From contig JADIIX010000142.1 of the NCBI GenBank assembly GCA_027604505.1, positions 1-56,852 on the forward strand: 56,852 nt of DNA, in the 5' to 3' direction. The notes below the pieces were generated by a model. The model did no database searches. It saw only the letters and a program-made list of their open reading frames with translations, and was not told where the DNA came from. Positions 48,501 to 56,852 of the stretch are shown here, in pieces. Source of the DNA: Gonapodya sp. JEL0774. Lineage: Eukaryota. The position numbers and the translations under genes were made by a program. Within the stretch, counting starts at the first letter, position 1. Every line of letters starts with the position of its first letter.

Positions 48501-51500
48501 ATAGCCAGGTAAGCGAAGTGCCTTGCTCCCTCCAAGACGCTTAAGCCATGGATTGATCACCGAGTGGTTTAAGATGGGTCCATTTGCAAAGGGATCATGA
48601 TCGAGGCTGGTGTAAAGAGCTTAGATTCCCCAAAAAATGTGTAACAGCAGTTCTCAACGTACAAAACGGCGAGACCGTGCAGATCGGTCAAAGAGTTAGA
48701 TATCGGTGTACCCTAACATTAGATCACGTGAGGTCAGTCGCGGCCAGATGCCCGCTCATAGAGGAAGCCATCTCACAGTGACTGTCCAACCATTCACTCT
48801 CCATAACTCCGACGCCATTTGAGCAGCGGCTCCATTGGTGTTGGCAACTAGTTGCGCCTTTCAAAAGAAAGATCATGATCTGATTCTCGCTGTACTCCCA
48901 GCGGGCCATAAACGCGGATGCACTCACCTCATCAACACAGACTCGCCACCATTGAACATTCAAAAGCGGACTGGCGAGTCGGTACAAAACGTCGAAAGCG
49001 GGTAATAATTGAAAGAATATTTAGTCACACCCACCTCTTCAAGCCTAATGTTGTTTTTCCAAGATCGGACTGGAGTGTTTCGTAGGTCGTCAAGACGACA
49101 TCTGCGTCACCAAATCTTTTCATGGCAGACAGTCGATCCGTACTTTTCAATTTTAGCGGGTTAGTTTAGGCTAGACCGGAGATCGTGGCGCAACTTTACG
49201 TACCCTCCCTCCGGCCCGAAGCCCCTGCCTTTAGTTCCCAAATACTCCATTACTACCAAACCAGGGGCCAATCGAGCAAGTTCCTCGGCCCACTGTCCCA
49301 TAATGGCCTGCGGTGCCACTATAAGTGTTGCTTTTACCCTTCCAGGGCGATCGATGTCAGAAAGATTGTGCATTATGTGTGCAGAGCGCGACGCATCGAA
49401 GGGGCCGCGTGGATGGGCAAGGATGAGGGCAATGACCTCTACGGTTTTACCGAGTCCCATCTATGTTGGAAGTGCCCAGAAACAAGAAGAAGGTGGGATT
49501 GATCCTTGAGTTCATCCACAAAACTACAGAAACTTCTCACTTCTGTTTCGGAGTTAAACAGTTTCAAGGAGAAAGCAGAGTAAACAACAATCACAGCCCA
49601 AGGACAGAAAAACAAATACCACCTTCTGCCAAGCACCCTCCTGGCTCGCCGGCCGGGGCGCCAAATCTCCAAAAACTCAGGGTTCCTGAAGCCTCGTTTT
49701 GATATATTGTGGCGTACCTCTTCCCGTCGCCAGCTCTGCCTGTCAACATCCGTTTGAGCTTTCCATTAGGTCTCAGATCTCCGAATTCAGACTGCATGAT
49801 CCGATATGGTATCCACAAAGGATGTAAGATATCTCCATCGGGAAGCAAGTTCAGCTCTCTTTCCATCATCCACCACAACGCTCTGCGCTGAAAGGGGTAC
49901 ATGCTCACAGTGAGCGAAGCAGGCTGCTGGGCCTGTGGAGCATCCAATGGTGGTCGTAGCAGTGCAAGAAGGGCATCCAAACCCCCACCTTCAAGCGAAT
50001 ACTTGGTAACTGGAAGATCTGCACGGTAGAAGGCATCCGCAAGTTGGTGATCCTTTGAAACATATGATTTGAGCGTGCACTGTCCCACTCCATCCAGGAA
50101 GCCTAGTGTGGCCGCATCGGGCGCTGTACGAGATGTAAGCATTTCGAAGATGCTCTGACAACTCTGTGCAATTAAACATCTTTCCTTATGGTGGATCTTA
50201 CGATGACAAAGCATGACACCACACCACTTACTTTATCCACACCTCCTTTGCCTGCTTTCTTCCCATCCCCAGGTCCACAGTAACCATCTTCATCAACATG
50301 CTCCCCATAACGGGCACCTCTATCAGAGAGGAAAGCATACAGTCTGAGCTCGAACGGATAAGAGAATTCTTTGTTTACATCGTCGGCACTGGGTGCGATG
50401 ACCGCCGAGCCTGATTTTCGTTTACTCTTCGCCTTGGACGTCCAGGAATTGGAGTTAGTCGGCTGTGAAACTGGATAGAGAGATGCTTGAACTGTAAGGA
50501 CGTCCTGGCATGGGCACAACCATCAAATATAGGTTCTGTTCGCCTGAATAAACGCTATGAATGAATGCCCAAGTGACAACTTACAGCCTTCACCAGCCTT
50601 GCCACATCACCCCATTTTGTATTCGCGTTCCTGCATGGAATCCTCGCATACCACTGCCCAGGCGTCTCCACCCCAACTCGCCATGTCCCGCTTTGGCAGG
50701 TGATTACTCCTTTGCCGTATCCCATTTGCGATCCCCAGTTCACAGGCACCAATCCGTCATTTTCAGAGACTGAACCCATAACGCCCGGGTCATGATGTGT
50801 TTCAGCGCGGACGAGCCTTACAGACAAGGTGAACAGGTGAGCGCCGAGTCCTCCCAAACCCACTGGTGGACGATCTGGCGGGACATTTGAGACGACGGGT
50901 TTGGCGGATGGGGTGTAATCCCATGGGTCGAACACCCCACTTGGAGGTGTAATTGTGGAGGACGGCCTCTTTATGGCGTCTGAACGGGAAGCGAACGGCG
51001 GTGGGGTGGATGTTGGTGCTGGCGACTGTCGGATTGAAGGGGTACCCTTCTCGAGTGCAGGAAGACCGGTCGTTGAAGATTTGGACGATGCGCCCACTAC
51101 GGAACTCCCAGCAACACCTTGACACCTGTCACGTTGTCTCGTCATGTCCGCTTGTTCGTCCCCTGAAGTCCTGGCCCCCATCCGCAGCACGTTCAAAGGC
51201 TCCGAAATCTCATTGGATCCTTCTGTTGTGGCGGTTACTTCAAGATCGGTCCGCGAACGCTTCGTTGGGCGATTCATACGGACCGGTGAGACGCTGGCCA
51301 AACCTCGTTTCTTCCCACGATTGGCGACCTTAGCACCTCGACTAATACCCGGCCGCGACAGTCCAGCAAGACGGGACCCCGTGCTGAATATTTCCTCAAT
51401 TTCGGAGTCCGAATGCGAGTCCAAACCCACAGGATGTCCGTTGTACTTGACAGCAGCGGACCCACTAGACGAGCCTTCCTCGTCCGATGAACTGGTTGCA

Positions 51501-52867
51501 GAACGTTTGCGGGAACCTGCTGTTGCCGATGAAGACGGAAGAGTGGGCGAAACGGGATGACGAAGAAACGCGTGTCGTGAGCCGAACATCAAATCACATC
51601 AAACAATTGTCAACACTAACCTCCCGTTCCACTTCCACTCCCCGTCACTCTGAGAGCAGGATTCGAAATAGGAATTTGAACAACCACAGTCTTGCTCACT
51701 CGAGAAGCGCTCTGTGATGTCAGCCCCGGAGAAGATGATGACCCACTAACTTGTCTTGTCACTCTTCTGGCTATTTTTTTACCAGTGCCACTGGCAGCCA
51801 CCGCAGATGTTGCGCCAAACGATGATGCTGACCCTGATCCAGAACCCCCTCCAGACACTCCTGCAGAAGCTTGGTGAATGTTCGCTGGAGTAAGTCTCGA
51901 AATTCCGGAACGAGCCCCGAGGGGTGGGGCTGCTTCGAAAGAGTTCTGAGGCAATCCGGACGAGTTTTGTCCTGGGTTCGCGGCAGCTGGTACCGGGGGT
52001 GCGCCAGGTGCGCCAGTGCCGTCATCCAACAGCCTTCCGATGGCTCGCTCGATTTCCCCTCCCTCAATTAACACCGCTTCTTGAACCTCTTGAAGTGAAT
52101 AAGTCCCATCACCGAGCACGGCGCGGACTTGCTCAACTGCTGATCGCATATGAGGTGCCGAAAGTAGTTCCACTCGAACGGAGGCGTGTAGCGAAGGGAC
52201 GACAGGTCGTAGAGCAGTCAAGGGTCTCACATCATCGACGAGAGCAACGTGCCTCGATGATGTTGTCGTGGGCCCTGGCGCTGGTGCCGATGAGCCGGCT
52301 GATGTTGCTCTTGGAGGAACAAGATTTTGGAATCGCAAGCCTGCCATTGGGTCTACAACGGGCGCGACCACAATGCGCGCCTCATTTACCCCTACGATGG
52401 CTCCATTCTGCGAACCTGGGATGTTGGGTTTTCGGCCGTTTCCGGGCACTGTGGAAGGGTAAACGGAAACTTTATGTCCATAACACACGGCATTTCCTCC
52501 TCTCTAACTGTCAATACGCTCACTTTCTCCGTCGCTATCCCTGTCGCTTTCATGCAGCTCTCCCTCGTTTCCGTCTTGAACCTCGTCTGGCACGAATACT
52601 AACTCTCCCCCACCAAAATCCACCATCCTCCCTTTCAGCCCATCAACGACAACCGCGGAGTTCCCGTTTTCGACGATACCCCTAGCGTGAGCAGCCATCC
52701 CTGGTTTTAGGGTCTCACGGTGTTTCTTTGCTCCGTCGGGCGTGGTATGATTGCGAAGAACGGATTGACTGACCACAGCGCGGGGTTTGTGCGTGTCGCT
52801 GTGTCCATCTTTTGCCCTGGTATCTCGTTTGACTGGAAGTATGATGATTTCTTCTTGGACTTTGACC
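45563..52867 (-). CDS. SNF2-family helicase with RING finger (SHPRH/Irc20-like) and N-terminal CUE/UBA-like domain; 5' end uncertain
   Basis: YPFQRRALWWM..RE, GGCLAEEMGLGKTVEVIALIL, TLIVAP, DVVLTTYETL, WWRVCVDEAQ, W.VTGTP, LRQACNHPQ, a RING (CIIC...CPMC), YGTKI, and GLTL...VYLLEP..NP..E.QAINRV.RIGQT. Confidence 0.88.
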
Positions 52868-53106
52868 TGTAAGATGAGATAAGAAGCAAGGAAATTTAAT
52901 GGAGCCCTGGGTCACAAGAATGTTGTCAGAGAGAACTCGCAATCACACAACCGGTGGTATGAAAAACTGGAAGGTAGCCAATGGTTTCTTATTATCAATG
53001 TATGCGTGTTTGGCCCTAATATGCAATCTACTGGGCCTATCTGGTTCAGTGTCCTCAACTCAGACTAAACGGCTAATCACTGAATGTTCCCTGACCACTA
53101 TTCAGC

Positions 53107-55714
<2,608 letters not shown>

Positions 55715-56023
55715 CTGGATGTGGTCAAGGTTGGTTGATGAAGTGTGTGAGACCACCAAAATCAACGCAGCATCAGTCGGATTGACGTAGATTTGTACGT
55801 AGATGATAAGTTGATAGAAATTTGAGGATTCCAACGAGTTAAATGAAGAGAATGCGACAACGTGATTTCAAGCAAGTCCAGCGACCCATTGCCGCCCTGT
55901 GGAAATTTCCCACGAGATACTAGTCCTGATCTATGGATGTACGTGGCATAAAAATTTCATCGCTGCGACTCTAAGTGATCGTTTTTCCATCTCCGTTGGC
56001 GTTCGAGAGAAATCGGATCCCGA

Positions 56024-56852
56024 TATGCTGGCAAGTTCAACACAGAACGAAGCTCATCCTGCCATCCTCCAGTGAGTAAGTTGAGATAATGGAGGTCTCC
56101 AAGTCAGCTGATGAACAGTTTCGCATGTGTCTTCCGGAAACACATGATACATGCCTTGGTCCACTCTTGACGCCCAGAGCTCAACGATCTGGGGCAACTC
56201 ATCTGAGAAATCCTACTCACGCGTGAGGCTTGGAGTGATTCAGATAGTGCTATCGACATTGTGTTGAAAGGTGAAAGTATGAGCTGGTTGAAATATAATC
56301 CAGGAAGAAAGTAAGTGTCGTGACGTGACAGGAGTCGAAGACCAAAGAAAATCGGAACCGCCCGGGCCACCCCATCACCTGAGACGTGGCAACATCTGGA
56401 ACATTCCGCGTTATGGTATTTGTGAGAACGCCAGAAAAATATTCTTGCAAATACTACGTGAGCTGGAATTAAGTGAGGAACTTGCAGTTACAGAAAAGGT
56501 ACTTTTAACCGCGTGTTGGTGAAGCAGTGAAGGTTTTCTGACACCGAATTCTTTGACTGTGCGCAGTCGAGCTCTTGACAATCTCCTCTTTTTGTAAATT
56601 GGTGATGAGCGTGTTATCCGTCGGAAACAAATAGGAGTGGAGTAGTTAGCGTGTTCGAAGTACGCTCATCCCAGTTATTGACTAACAGGAGTCGACACTT
56701 ATGTATCATTATTGCCAATTCGAATACAAAGGCGGATGTTAGGAAGAATGTTGGAAGACCGTTGGAAGCACACACTAGTGGGTTTCAAAGTTGACTGAAA
56801 TTGAATTATAATGCGCCAATTCTCGGCGACTTAAAACCGTCTCCCAGCAAAT
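56024..56852 (+). other. Possible start of an unidentified spliced gene running off the window
   Basis: ATG near 56024 followed by donor-like sites (gtgagt ~56072, gtaagt 56311, gtactt ~56499) and a branch/acceptor actaacag near 56688. I could not build a consistent frame or recognise a homologue. Confidence 0.25.

Noticed and set aside
51924..52685. 253-aa plus-strand ORF
   Set aside because: Antisense to the helicase N-terminal exons, with non-protein-like composition.
2938..52867. Apparent ubiquitin/DNA-repair cluster (RAD18, UFD4, UBC8, SNF2-RING)
   Set aside because: The genes are dispersed among unrelated housekeeping genes and ubiquitin genes are common, so there is no evidence of functional clustering.

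Overview
This is gene-dense, intron-rich eukaryotic DNA (about 50% GC, mostly short GT-AG introns), not prokaryotic. Gene content (Met10, Ufd4, Ubc8, Rad18, Cox10, plus an animal-type PINCH) fits an early-diverging, probably zoosporic, fungus; that assignment is inference. Genes supported by hand-splicing, left to right: DUF1295 steroid-reductase-like (+), a hidden small spliced gene (-), RAD18 (+), COX10 (-), TM7S3/DUF4203-like membrane protein (-), eIF4E (+), a Met1/CysG-like::Met10 sulfite reductase fusion (+), cyclophilin H (-), UFD4/TRIP12 HECT ligase (-), secreted GH38-like/DUF5054 protein (+), PINCH (-), actin capping protein alpha (+), UBC8 (+), Rieske/AIF-like oxidoreductase (-), a 124-aa single-pass LPxY protein (-), an SHPRH/Irc20-like SNF2-RING helicase (-) and mitochondrial Hsp70 (-). 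The most notable observations are five. (1) A 1466-aa Met10 carries an apparently catalytically dead siroheme-synthase module. (2) An intronic C/D snoRNA has two guides, one for U6 A47 and one for LSU U2417, and a second intronic C/D snoRNA lies in eIF4E. (3) A 2-nt micro-exon completes the helicase Walker A region and a 7-nt micro-exon carries the eIF4E cap-binding Trp. (4) A fungal PINCH orthologue is present. (5) Several long introns contain nested inverted repeats. I saw no CRISPR array, rRNA, tRNA or transposon. All gene models are manual and need RNA-seq confirmation.
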